Assembly: GCA_903889565.1 (NCBI GenBank)
Contig: CAISYC010000049.1
Location: 73,873-137,872, forward strand
Reading direction: 5' to 3'
Origin: an uncultured beta proteobacterium
Lineage (GTDB): Bacteria > Pseudomonadota > Gammaproteobacteria > Burkholderiales > SG8-41
Length of the DNA: 64,000 nucleotides
The translations under genes were made by a program, and so were the position numbers. The notes beneath the pieces are model-generated. The model was not told the origin of the DNA. It ran no database searches and saw only the letters and a list, made by a program, of their open reading frames with translations. Shown here piece by piece: positions 52,988-62,221 of the stretch (the stretch's first letter is position 1; the number at the start of each line of letters is the position of its first letter).

Positions 52988-54737
52988 ACTGAAGGCGGTC
53001 GATGCCGTCGTTGTCGGCGCCGGACTCGCCGGCACCATCCTCTGCAAATCGCTGGCCGAGACCGGGCTCAAGGTGGTCGGCTTCGAACGCGGGCGCATGC
53101 TCGATGCGCAGCACGACTTCGCCATGCCCTACGCGCACGACGAGCTCAAGTACGACCGCCACAGCGATATTCTGCAGAACCTGTCGCGCGAAACCATCAC
53201 CTTCCGCAACAAGATGAGCGAATCGGCGCTGCCGATGCGCGAACTCGGCTCGTTCAAGCCCGGCGAATGCGTCGGCGGCGCAGCGGTGCACTGGGGCGTG
53301 CACGCGCGGCGTTTCCTGCCGTGGGATTTCGAAGTCCGAAGCCGCACGCTCGGACGCTATGGCGCGGCCCAACTCGCCGCCGATTGCACCAGTCAGGACT
53401 GGGGCATCGGCTACGACGAACTGGAGCCGTACTACGACCAGTTCGAGCATCTCTACGGCGTCGGCGGCAAGGCCGGCAATCTGAACGGCGAAATACAGGC
53501 CGGCGGCAATCCGTTCGAGGGCGCGCGTTCGCGCGAGTTTCCGAACCCACCGAGCAAAGCGACGCCGATCGGGCAACTGTTCGCCGACGCCGCGCACCAG
53601 CTCGGCCACACGCCGTTTGCAAGTCCGACCGCGGCGATGACGCAGCCCTACACCAATCCGTACAAGCTGATGCTGGGCGAATGCGTGAGCGGCGGTTTCT
53701 GCGGCAGCCACGGCTGCGCGCAAGGCGCCAAGGCCAGCCCGCTCAACACCGTGGTGCCGGCACTCGGCCGCCACGACAATTTCGAATTGAGAACGCTCGC
53801 CAACGTCGTCAAAATCAATCTCGATTCGAGCGGCAAGCGCGCCATCGGCGTGACCTATATCGACGCCCGCGGCCGCGAATTCGAACAGCCCGCCGATCTG
53901 GTCGTGCTCTCGGCGTATACCTTCAACAATGTGCGCCTCCTGATGCTGTCGGGCATCGGCAAACCGTATGACCCGGTCAGCGGCACCGGCGTGGTCGGGC
54001 GCAATTATTCGTACCAGAGCCACGGCAAGATCCAGCTGTTCTTCGAAGACAAAATCTTCAACCCGTTCATGGGCGGCGGCGGCCGCGCCACCTCAATCGA
54101 CGATTTCAACGGGGATAATTTCGATCACGCGGGCCTGGGCTTCATCGGCGGCAGCTATCTCGCCGCGCAGAGCAGCGGCGCGGCACCGATCAAGAACAAG
54201 CCGGTGCCGCCCGGCACGCCAAGCTGGGGCGGCGCATGGAAGAAGGCCGCCGCCTATTGGTACAACCGCAGTTTCAGTCTCAACCTGCACGGCGCCTGCC
54301 AGAGCTACCGCGACTGCTATCTCGATCTGGATCCGACCTACCGCGATGCCAACGGATTGCCGCTGCTGCGCATGACCTTCGACTGGCACGACAACGAACG
54401 CAAAATGCTCGCCCATGCGATGGAAAAAACCGCCGAAATCGCCAGGGCGCTCAAGCCGGCGAAAACCGGCGCCCACGGCCTGTCGGCGAAATACAGCATC
54501 GTGCCGTATCAGAGCACACACAACATCGGCGGCGCGGTGATGGGCGCAGACCCGGCGACCAGCGTGGTCAACAAGTATCTGCAATCGTGGGACGTCAACA
54601 ACGTGTTCGTCGTCGGCGGCAGCGCCTTCCCGCAGAACAGCGCCAACCCGCCCACCGCCACCATCGGCGCGCTGGCCTGCTGGACCGCCGATGCGATCAA
54701 GGAACAATATCTGAAGAAGCCGGGCCTGCTGGTTTAA
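52974..54737 (+). CDS. GMC-family FAD flavoprotein dehydrogenase (gluconate 2-dehydrogenase alpha-like)
   Basis: 'VDAVVVGAGLAGTILCKSLAE' FAD fold. C-terminal 'HNIGGAVMG...FVVGGSAFPQNSANPPTATIGALA'. The start overlaps the gamma subunit's stop by 14 nt. Confidence 0.85.
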   Translation: MAATKLKAVDAVVVGAGLAGTILCKSLAETGLKVVGFERGRMLDAQHDFAMPYAHDELKYDRHSDILQNLSRETITFRNKMSESALPMRELGSFKPGECVGGAAVHWGVHARRFLPWDFEVRSRTLGRYGAAQLAADCTSQDWGIGYDELEPYYDQFEHLYGVGGKAGNLNGEIQAGGNPFEGARSREFPNPPSKATPIGQLFADAAHQLGHTPFASPTAAMTQPYTNPYKLMLGECVSGGFCGSHGCAQGAKASPLNTVVPALGRHDNFELRTLANVVKINLDSSGKRAIGVTYIDARGREFEQPADLVVLSAYTFNNVRLLMLSGIGKPYDPVSGTGVVGRNYSYQSHGKIQLFFEDKIFNPFMGGGGRATSIDDFNGDNFDHAGLGFIGGSYLAAQSSGAAPIKNKPVPPGTPSWGGAWKKAAAYWYNRSFSLNLHGACQSYRDCYLDLDPTYRDANGLPLLRMTFDWHDNERKMLAHAMEKTAEIARALKPAKTGAHGLSAKYSIVPYQSTHNIGGAVMGADPATSVVNKYLQSWDVNNVFVVGGSAFPQNSANPPTATIGALACWTADAIKEQYLKKPGLLV

Positions 54738-54772
54738 GAACTTTTTATCGCTGGCGCACTCATTGGCACATC

Positions 54773-54792
54773 ATTCCCGCGCAGGCGGGAAT
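54773..54792. repeat. 'ATTCCCGC-GCAG-GCGGGAAT' hairpin repeat
   Basis: attcccgcgcaggcgggaat has an 8-bp stem. I recognise this REP type as widespread in proteobacteria. Confidence 0.7.
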
Positions 54793-54906
54793 CCGGAAAT
54801 GTATTTGTGAAACGGGCAAACTCTCGCCTTCGCGCCTGTCGATTATTGTGCTTTACCAAATTCATTACATGTCAAAGTCAATTGCAACTGCGCGCCCTCA
54901 TCCCCA

Positions 54907-54958
54907 CCCTTCTCCCCGCGGGAGAAGGGCTTGTCTTCCCTCTCCTGCGGGGAGAGGG
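54907..54958. repeat. tandem C/G-tract palindromic REPs
   Basis: cccttctccccgcgggagaaggg (54907-54929) and ccctctcctgcggggagaggg (54938-54958). Confidence 0.8.
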
Positions 54959-55010
54959 ATCGAGGGTAAGGGCGCATGACCTGCCTACCGCCGAACTAAA
55001 GGGGAACACA

Positions 55011-55970
55011 ATGGTTGGAAAATACGTGGGTGCGGCTGCTGCAGTTGCTGTTGCCATCACAGCAACCGCGCAGGATTTTCCAAACCGTCCGATCCGCGTG
55101 ATCGTGCCCTATGCCGCGGGCGGCGGCTCCGACATCACGATCCGCATCGTGCAGGCCAAAGCGATGGAACTGCTCGGCCAGTCGCTGATCGTCGATAACC
55201 GCGCCGGCGGCGGCACGCTGATCGGCACGCGCATGGCGCAGACTGCGCCGGCCGACGGCTACACCATCGGCGTGATGGATCCGGCCTTCATCATCAATCC
55301 GACGCTGGTCAAGGACGCCGGCTACGACGCGCTGAAGGATTTCACGCCAGTGTCGCTGATCACCTCGACGCCGCTTCTGCTGGTCACGCCGCCGTCGTTC
55401 CCGCCGAAGACCGTGCAGGAACTGGTCGATTACGTCAAAGCCAACGCGGGCAAGGTCAACTACGGTTCGCCCGGCGACGGCAGCGCGGGGCACCTCGCGA
55501 TGGAGCAGTTCCGCAACGTCTTCGGCCTGAAGATGGTGCACATTCCATACAAAGGCGCGGGGCCCGCGGTCACCGCGGTGGTCGCCGCCGAGGTGCCGAT
55601 GCTGATCGCCGGTTCCGGCGGCGTGCCGTTCATCCAGGACGGCCGCCTGCGCGGCCTTGCGGCAACCAGCGCGAAACGGCTGCCGGCGATTCCCAACGTG
55701 CCGACCTTCGCCGAACTCGGTTTTCCGCAGATCAACGTGCAAACCTTCGCCGGCGTCGTCGCCCCCGCCGGCACGCCGCCTGCGGCAATCAAAAAACTGC
55801 ACGCCGCCTTTGCCGCGGCAACGCAGCTGCCGGAAGTGAAATCGCGGCTCGAAATGCTCAACCAGTTTCCGGTCGGCAACACGCCGGCGGAATTCGGCGC
55901 CTTCCTGCGCGACAACCAGGCGCGGCTGGTCAAAGTGGTGCGCGACTCCAACATCACGCTCGAGCATTAG
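55011..55970 (+). CDS. Bug/TctC-family substrate-binding protein
   Basis: 'FPNRPIRVIVPYAAGGGSD', 'LIVDNRAGGGT', 'HIPYKGAGP', 'PNVPTFAELG'. ATG 55011. The upstream part of the track ORF runs through REP elements. Confidence 0.9.
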   Translation: MVGKYVGAAAAVAVAITATAQDFPNRPIRVIVPYAAGGGSDITIRIVQAKAMELLGQSLIVDNRAGGGTLIGTRMAQTAPADGYTIGVMDPAFIINPTLVKDAGYDALKDFTPVSLITSTPLLLVTPPSFPPKTVQELVDYVKANAGKVNYGSPGDGSAGHLAMEQFRNVFGLKMVHIPYKGAGPAVTAVVAAEVPMLIAGSGGVPFIQDGRLRGLAATSAKRLPAIPNVPTFAELGFPQINVQTFAGVVAPAGTPPAAIKKLHAAFAAATQLPEVKSRLEMLNQFPVGNTPAEFGAFLRDNQARLVKVVRDSNITLEH

Positions 55971-56012
55971 GCGCATGGCGTTTCGCTGATGCGAATCAGA
56001 AAAGGATAACGA

Positions 56013-56954
56013 TTGAAACCCGAACTCGTCATCATGCGCGCGATCTACGAACCGGCGATTGCCGATCTCGAACGCGACTTTACGGTGCACCGCCTGTGGC
56101 TGAAGGATGACGCGGAGGCCTTCCTGCGCGAACACGGCGGACAAATCCGCGTCGCGGTCACCACCGTGCCCTACGGCTTCAGCCTTGCTGATTTCAATAC
56201 GATGCCGAAACTCGAATTTCTCGCCTGCTTCGGCCCCTACTATGCGCTGATCGATCGCGCAGAAGCGAAACGGCGCGGCATCCGCGTTTCGCACACGCCG
56301 GACTCGACCGCAGAGCCGGTGGCCGATCTGACGATGGGCCTGATGATTGCGGTGATGCGCCGCCTGTGCGAATCCGACCGCTTCGTGCGCGCCGGCAAGT
56401 GGGCGACCGGCGTGTTTCCGGCCGGGGTCGAAGTGCGCGGCAAAACCTGCGGCATCGTCGGCTTCGGCCGCATCGGCCGCGAGATCGCCAAACGCGCCGC
56501 CGCCTTCGACATGAAGCTCTGTTATCACGGACCGCGGCAGAAGGACGATGTCGATCTGCCCTATTACGCCGACCTCGAACAGATGGCGCGCGAGGTCGAT
56601 TGCCTGATCGTCACCTGCGCGCTGACCGAAACCACGCGCAACCTGATCGATGCGCGAATACTGGAAGCGCTGGGCAAGGACGGCTTTTTGATCAACGTTG
56701 CGCGCGGCGCAATCGTCGATGAAGACGCGCTGATCGCCGCCTTGCAAAAAGGCGCGATCGCTGGCGCCGCACTCGACGTCTTCCGCGACGAACCGCAGGT
56801 GCCGGCGGCATTGACCGCGCTCGACAACGTCGTGCTCGCCGCCCACATCGGCACCTCGACCCGCGAAGTGCGCGAGGGCCGTCACCGCAAATTCAATACC
56901 GACATCAAAGCCTGGCTCGACGGCAAACCGCTGATCTACGCAGTACCGTTCTAA
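56013..56954 (+). CDS. D-isomer-specific 2-hydroxyacid dehydrogenase (glyoxylate/hydroxypyruvate reductase-like)
   Basis: 'GKTCGIVGFGRIGREIAKRA' NAD fold, plus 'INVARG' and 'LDVF..EP' motifs. TTG start with AAGGA SD. Confidence 0.85.
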   Translation: MKPELVIMRAIYEPAIADLERDFTVHRLWLKDDAEAFLREHGGQIRVAVTTVPYGFSLADFNTMPKLEFLACFGPYYALIDRAEAKRRGIRVSHTPDSTAEPVADLTMGLMIAVMRRLCESDRFVRAGKWATGVFPAGVEVRGKTCGIVGFGRIGREIAKRAAAFDMKLCYHGPRQKDDVDLPYYADLEQMAREVDCLIVTCALTETTRNLIDARILEALGKDGFLINVARGAIVDEDALIAALQKGAIAGAALDVFRDEPQVPAALTALDNVVLAAHIGTSTREVREGRHRKFNTDIKAWLDGKPLIYAVPF

Positions 56955-56991
56955 CAATCCGCATACTGCGCCACAATGGCCCGCCGCCGCG

Positions 56992-57975
56992 TCAATCGGC
57001 TTTGATGTTGGCGTCCCTGATGATCTTCGCGATCTTGTCGTAACCGACTTTTGTCTGCGTCGCCAGTTGTTCCGGCGTCGAGGTCGCCGGCTCCAGCGCG
57101 AGTTTGATCAGCCGGTCCTTGATCACCGGATCGTTGACCGCCTTGACCATTTCCGCATTCAAACGGTCAACGATGGCACGCGGCGTATTACGCGGCGCGT
57201 AAATCGCCTGCCATGTCGCATAGGAAAAGCCCTTCACGCCGGATTCCGACACCGTCGGCACCGCGGGCAGCAGCGGCGAGCGTTGCAGGCTGGCGACCCC
57301 GAGCGCGTGCAGCTTGCCGCCGCGGATGGTTTCGAGCACCGGCGCGAGCGAAGTGATCATCACCGGCACGCGGCCTGCGGTGACGTCGAGCACGCCGGTA
57401 ATGGAGCCGCGATACGGGATGTGATTGAGTTTGACGCCGCTCATCGACTTGAAGACTTCCATCGCCAGATGCATCGGGCTGCCGTTGCCGCCCGAGGCGT
57501 AATCCATCGGCTCTTTCTGCGCGTTGGCGAGTGCGATGAACTCTTTTGCATTTTTCACCGGCAGTGACGGGTGCGTGATCATGACGAAGGTCACCCACGC
57601 CGTGAGGCCGACCGGCGCGAAACTGGTGAACGGATCGTACGGCACGTTCGGATAGAGGAGCGGCACGCCGTTGACCACCGCATCGCTGAAGCCGCCGATG
57701 ACATAGCCGTCGGGGGCCGCGCGCGCAACCTTGTCGCCGCCGAGCATGCCGGCCGCTCCCGGTATGTTTTCGATCGCAATCTGCTGGCCCATGTTCTCGC
57801 CCATTTTCTGCGTCACCACCCGCATCAGCACATCAGTGGCGCTGGCCGTCGGCAGCGGCACAACCATCAGCAGACTCTTGCTGGGATACGCCTGTGCCTG
57901 CGCATGCAACGCCCCCATCGCCGCAATGATGGTGAGAATCAGTTTCATCAATACCTTGTTCATTGCTTCTTTCAC
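56992..57975 (-). CDS. Bug/TctC-family substrate-binding protein
   Basis: 'YPSKSLLMVVPLPTASATD', 'IAIENIPGAAG', 'HIPYRGSIT', 'PAVPTVSESG'. Confidence 0.9.
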   Translation of the reverse strand: MKEAMNKVLMKLILTIIAAMGALHAQAQAYPSKSLLMVVPLPTASATDVLMRVVTQKMGENMGQQIAIENIPGAAGMLGGDKVARAAPDGYVIGGFSDAVVNGVPLLYPNVPYDPFTSFAPVGLTAWVTFVMITHPSLPVKNAKEFIALANAQKEPMDYASGGNGSPMHLAMEVFKSMSGVKLNHIPYRGSITGVLDVTAGRVPVMITSLAPVLETIRGGKLHALGVASLQRSPLLPAVPTVSESGVKGFSYATWQAIYAPRNTPRAIVDRLNAEMVKAVNDPVIKDRLIKLALEPATSTPEQLATQTKVGYDKIAKIIRDANIKAD

Positions 57976-58010
57976 TCCCCTCGTTATTTTTTATCCGGAA
58001 TAACAATGCG

Positions 58011-59048
58011 TCAGGCCAGCGCCGTCTTGAGTGCGGCGGCCGCCTGTTCGACATCAGCGCGCGAGACATCAAGATGCGTGACGGCGCGGAAGGTGCAGCC
58101 GCCGCGCATCGCCAGCGCGACGCCCTGTGCGCGCAGACGTTTACTGACATCATCGGCTTTCATGCCCGACTCCGCGATATCAAGAAATACAAGATTGGTC
58201 TGCGTATCGTCGTAGACCAGACGCAGTCCGCGGATCTCCGACACCCGTTGCGCGAAATGCCGTGCGTTGGCGTGATCCTCAGCGAGACGCTCGACGTGAT
58301 GATCGAGCGCATGCAAACCCGCCGCGGCCAGCAGGCCGGCCTGACGCCAGCCGCCACCGTAGATCTGGCGCAGGCGCCGCGCGCGGGCGATGAATTCGCG
58401 CCGCCCCATCAGGATCGAACCGACCGGGCAACCGAGGCCCTTTGAGAGGCAAAACGAAATCGAATCGCAGCGTTTACCCCACTCTGCTGGCGCAACACCC
58501 GAAGCGACCACCGCATTGAACACGCGCGCGCCATCCATATGCAGCGGAATGCCGCGATCCTGCGACAGTGCGCGCAGGCCGTCGAGCGCTTCGAGCGGAA
58601 ACACCGTGCCGCCGCCGGCATTGTGCGTGTTTTCCACCCACAATAGCGCGCTCTTCGGCTGCATCCAGTTTGTTGAACGAAACATCCTCTCGGCCTGCGC
58701 GCGCGCATAGACGCCGCGCTCGGTCGGAATCAGTGCCAGTTGCACGCCGGAAATCAGCGCGGCCGCACCGAGTTCGCTGCGCACCGGGTGGCACAGCGCG
58801 TCGGCGATCACCTCGTCACCGGGCTGGGTGTAGGCCTTGATTGCAATCTGATTGGCCTGCGTGCCCGACGACACGAACAGCGCAGCTTCCTTGCCGAACA
58901 GTGCGGCTGCGCGCTCCTGCAAAGCGTTGACCGTCGGGTCCTCGCCCATGACGTCGTCGCCGACTTCGGCGCGCAGCATCGCTTCGCGCATCGCCGCAGT
59001 CGGCCGCGTCACCGTGTCACTGCGCATATCGATCAGGCGTTCGCTCAT
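58011..59048 (-). CDS. ltaE: low-specificity L-threonine aldolase
   Basis: '[19 protein letters not shown]...[41 protein letters not shown]'. PLP-Lys region 'SFCLSKGLG'. Confidence 0.85.
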   Translation of the reverse strand: MSERLIDMRSDTVTRPTAAMREAMLRAEVGDDVMGEDPTVNALQERAAALFGKEAALFVSSGTQANQIAIKAYTQPGDEVIADALCHPVRSELGAAALISGVQLALIPTERGVYARAQAERMFRSTNWMQPKSALLWVENTHNAGGGTVFPLEALDGLRALSQDRGIPLHMDGARVFNAVVASGVAPAEWGKRCDSISFCLSKGLGCPVGSILMGRREFIARARRLRQIYGGGWRQAGLLAAAGLHALDHHVERLAEDHANARHFAQRVSEIRGLRLVYDDTQTNLVFLDIAESGMKADDVSKRLRAQGVALAMRGGCTFRAVTHLDVSRADVEQAAAALKTALA

Positions 59049-60202
59049 GCCGCCTCCTTCGCCAATTCACTCACTACGTCGGTAATCACCGCCATGCCCC
59101 GCTCAATGGTTTCTTCGCTGACCGAATAGCTGATGCGCAGATGCTTTTCGCCGCCGCTACCGTATTCGGAGCCGCTGCGCACCGCCACGCCGCGTTCGAA
59201 CAGCCGCGCGCGCACCTCGCGCGCCGATTGCGGCAGATCGAAACGGGTCCACATATAAAAAGCGCCCTGCGGCGCGGCCGGATGAAGGCCGGGTATCGTC
59301 GTTGCAAGCCGGTGCATCAGCGCGGCGCGCTTGTGATAGACCGCGTTGAATTCGGCGACGCAATCCTGCGGACCTTGCAGCGCGGCGATACCCGCGCGCT
59401 GCACGAAGTTGCAAATCGGGCCGTTGATCGCGCGATGGATTCCGTAGAGATAATCAATCAGATCGGGTGGCGCCACCGCATAGCCGAGCCGCCAGCCGGT
59501 CATCGCATAGGTTTTGGAAAATGTGCCCAACAGAATCAGCCGATCGAGGTGGCGATGGAACTTCAATACCGGCACGTGCACCTGCCCCGGCTGCATCAGT
59601 TTCGAATACGCTTCGTCGGCCGCCAGCAGGAGGTCTTTTTCGGCGCACAGATCGAGCAGCGCGGCGATGTCGTCCTCTTTGTAGACGATGCCGGTCGGAT
59701 TGTTCGGGTTGTTCAGCATAACGAGCCGCGTGCGCGGCGTAATCGCGCGGCGCACCGCCTCGACATCGAGCTGGTAATCGGCCTTGTGGCGCACCGGCAC
59801 CGGCACCGCACCGAGTTGTCGCGCGACATGCGGATAGAGCGAATAACTCGGGTCGAATACGATGACTTCGTCACCGGGATCGAGAAAGCAGCTCATCACC
59901 GCGTAGATGCCGGAACTTGACCCATTGGTGATCAGCACCTGGCTGGGTGCAATCGTCGCGCCGGTTTCCGCCGCAATCGATTCGCAGATCGCCACCAAGA
60001 GCGGCATCACGCCCTTCTCGAGAATGTAGCCGGTGTGGCCGGCGTCGATCGCCTGCTTCACGGCAGCAACGATATGCGGCGGTGTGGCGAACGACGGGCT
60101 GCCCGAATCGAGGCGGATCAGATCTGGCGGCGTTTTGGCCGTCATGAATTTGGCGCGCTCGCCGCCCGAGGTATCCATTACCGTCTTTGCAATATGCCGC
60201 AT
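59045..60202 (-). CDS. class I/II PLP-dependent aminotransferase
   Basis: '[13 protein letters not shown]' PLP-lysine motif and 'NPNNPTG'. GGAGGAG SD lies 9 nt before ATG 60202. A 4-nt overlap with ltaE suggests an operon. Confidence 0.85.
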   Translation of the reverse strand: MRHIAKTVMDTSGGERAKFMTAKTPPDLIRLDSGSPSFATPPHIVAAVKQAIDAGHTGYILEKGVMPLLVAICESIAAETGATIAPSQVLITNGSSSGIYAVMSCFLDPGDEVIVFDPSYSLYPHVARQLGAVPVPVRHKADYQLDVEAVRRAITPRTRLVMLNNPNNPTGIVYKEDDIAALLDLCAEKDLLLAADEAYSKLMQPGQVHVPVLKFHRHLDRLILLGTFSKTYAMTGWRLGYAVAPPDLIDYLYGIHRAINGPICNFVQRAGIAALQGPQDCVAEFNAVYHKRAALMHRLATTIPGLHPAAPQGAFYMWTRFDLPQSAREVRARLFERGVAVRSGSEYGSGGEKHLRISYSVSEETIERGMAVITDVVSELAKEAA

Positions 60203-60374
60203 GCCGCCCACTCCTCCGCTGGCACGGGGCGAAACCCCGTGCAAATAACTTATAATTGGTGTTGGAAGCAGGCTCGGCGCGAATCCATCAACAAGAACAA
60301 TATCAATGTCGCGCGCGCAGAACCCGATTTGGACCTGAATTGACCAAACGCAATTCCAGCGGAAGAGAAACTAC

Positions 60375-61577
60375 ATGAATGCCCCCCTGAATTCAACCGG
60401 CTTCGCCGGCGTCACGCGCGAAGAGGCGGTCGCGCGGGCCGCAGCGCTGATTCCGCTGCTGAAGGAACACGCCGCCACCGCCGAAGCCGAGCGCCATCTG
60501 GCGCCGGCGGTGCGCGACGCCCTGCATCAGGCCGGACTCTTCCGCACCATGCAGCCCAAATCGCGCGGCGGCATGGAGCTCGAATTCGTTGCCTGGGTGG
60601 ATATTCCGGAGATGCTCGCGCGCGGCGACTGCTCGACGGCTTGGAACGTCGCCAATCTCGCCTCCCATCACCGCACGCTGGCGCAGTTCAGCCCGCAGGC
60701 GCAGGATGAGGTGTGGAACGAGAACCCCGACGCGCTGATCGCCGCGGGCATCGCCTATCCGCAGGGCCGCGCGAAAAAAGCCGATGGCGGCCTGATGTTG
60801 TCGGGCACCTGGAATTTCTGCTCGGCGGTAACCGACTCGACCTGGAACATGCTCGCCTGCATGGTGATGGAAAACGACAAACCGATCGACTGGGTGCAAT
60901 GCCTGCTGCGCGCGAATGAATACCAGATCATCGACGACTGGCAGACCATGGGCATGCGGGGCACCGGCAGCTGCACAGTGAAAGTCGACAACCTGTTCGT
61001 CCCGCAGTACCGCGTGCAGTCGATGGCGACCGCGCTGCCCGGCCACCGCTTTGCCGGCACCGCAATCAACCCGAATCCGATGTTTCGCATCCCGACCTCA
61101 TCCGTCGGCGGTCATTCGCTCGCCGGCTGCGTGGTCGGCAATGCGCAGGGCGCGCTCGACGCCACGCTCGACTGGATCAAATCGCGCAGCACCGTGCAGG
61201 GCGCGAAGATGCGCGACTTCCAGACCGTGCAATTAAGGGTCGGCGTCGCCGGCGCCAAGATCGACGCCGCGCGCCTCATTCTGCGCAACGACTGCATCGA
61301 GGCCGAAGCCGCGCTGAAAGCCGACCGCGATATCAGTGTCGAGGAAAAACTGCGCCACAAGCGCAACGCCGCGATGGCGGTCAAATTCGCGATGGAGGCA
61401 ATCGATCTCATGCAGGAGATGGCCGGCGCCAACGGCATCTATCAGAAAGGCCCTCTGGAGCGCATCTTCCGCGACGCGCGCGCCGCCGCTGCGCACATCC
61501 ACTTCAGCATCGACATGCAGATGACGCAGTGGGGACTGGTCGCCGGCGGCGGCGAGTTCAAAAGCCCGACGCTTTAG
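60375..61577 (+). CDS. acyl-CoA-dehydrogenase-fold flavin-dependent monooxygenase (two-component oxygenase-like)
   Basis: 'AAALIPLLKEHAATAEAERHLAPAVRDALHQAGLFRTMQPKSRGGME' and 'LSGTWNFCSAV' are typical of HsaA/DszC/HpaH-C2-like oxygenase components. No reductase partner is seen. Confidence 0.75.
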   Translation: MNAPLNSTGFAGVTREEAVARAAALIPLLKEHAATAEAERHLAPAVRDALHQAGLFRTMQPKSRGGMELEFVAWVDIPEMLARGDCSTAWNVANLASHHRTLAQFSPQAQDEVWNENPDALIAAGIAYPQGRAKKADGGLMLSGTWNFCSAVTDSTWNMLACMVMENDKPIDWVQCLLRANEYQIIDDWQTMGMRGTGSCTVKVDNLFVPQYRVQSMATALPGHRFAGTAINPNPMFRIPTSSVGGHSLAGCVVGNAQGALDATLDWIKSRSTVQGAKMRDFQTVQLRVGVAGAKIDAARLILRNDCIEAEAALKADRDISVEEKLRHKRNAAMAVKFAMEAIDLMQEMAGANGIYQKGPLERIFRDARAAAAHIHFSIDMQMTQWGLVAGGGEFKSPTL

Positions 61578-61580
61578 CCC

Positions 61581-61602
61581 GTAGCGCAGGCGACCAGCCT
61601 GC
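61581..61602 (+). repeat. REP family 'GTAGCGCAGGCG-N-CGCCTGC'
   Basis: gtagcgcaggcgaccagcctgc, 3 nt after the stop of 60375..61577 and followed by gttttttcc. It is likely to double as an intrinsic terminator. Confidence 0.8.
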
Positions 61603-61615
61603 GTTTTTTCCGATT

Positions 61616-61637
61616 GCAGCCGGGGCGCCTGCGCTAC
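61616..61637 (-). repeat. REP family, inverted partner
   Basis: gcagccggggcgcctgcgctac. It forms an inverted doublet with 61581-61602 and abuts the stop of 61639..62070. Confidence 0.75.
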
Positions 61638-61638
61638 G

Positions 61639-62070
61639 TTAAACCGTGCGCCCGATGGTCGAATCGACTTTTACGCCCTCGGCTTTTGCCTTTTCGGCAT
61701 CGGCGCCGAAAAACAGCAGCTCGATTTCATTGCCGTCGGGATCACGAAAAAAAATCTGGTGCATATTGCGCGCCGGCACCGCGAATTCCTCGTTGTAGAT
61801 ATTGTGCTGCTTCAAGCGCGCGCGCACCTCGTCAATATCGCTGACGCGAAAGGCGACGTGATCGTACGAATCCGACTTGCCTTTGGTCTTGGGTACGCGC
61901 ACGGTGCCGATGTGCAAAAGCGCGTGGTCACCCAGATACATCCACGCACCCGGCTTGCCGAACGGGGGCCGCTCACCGTCGCGAAAGCCGACCACCTCCG
62001 TATAGAATTTACGCGCCTTCTCAAGATCGGCAGTAGCGATATTGTAGTGATCGAGTCCGGAAATCTTCAT
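61639..62070 (-). CDS. VOC-family (glyoxalase/dioxygenase-fold) protein
   Basis: 'MKISGLDHYNIATADLEKARKFYTEVVGF' and 'YDHVAFRVSDIDEVRARL'. GAGGAG SD precedes ATG 62070. Confidence 0.8.
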   Translation of the reverse strand: MKISGLDHYNIATADLEKARKFYTEVVGFRDGERPPFGKPGAWMYLGDHALLHIGTVRVPKTKGKSDSYDHVAFRVSDIDEVRARLKQHNIYNEEFAVPARNMHQIFFRDPDGNEIELLFFGADAEKAKAEGVKVDSTIGRTV

Positions 62071-62221
62071 GGTGCTGCTCCTCGCATGGATATCCTGTTG
62101 TGCGGAAATCATACTGCCGCGCGCCAGCCCCCGCAATAACGGCGACGATTCTGCGCGACAACGCTGGCACAGGGCGCGGCCGCGGTTTAACATGCAGCAT
62201 CCCGGTCAGGAGCAATCACAC

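Noticed and set aside
54996-56957. 653-aa minus-strand ORF
   Set aside because: It is antisense to the Bug gene (55011..55970) and the 2-hydroxyacid dehydrogenase gene (56013..56954), both of which have strong motifs.
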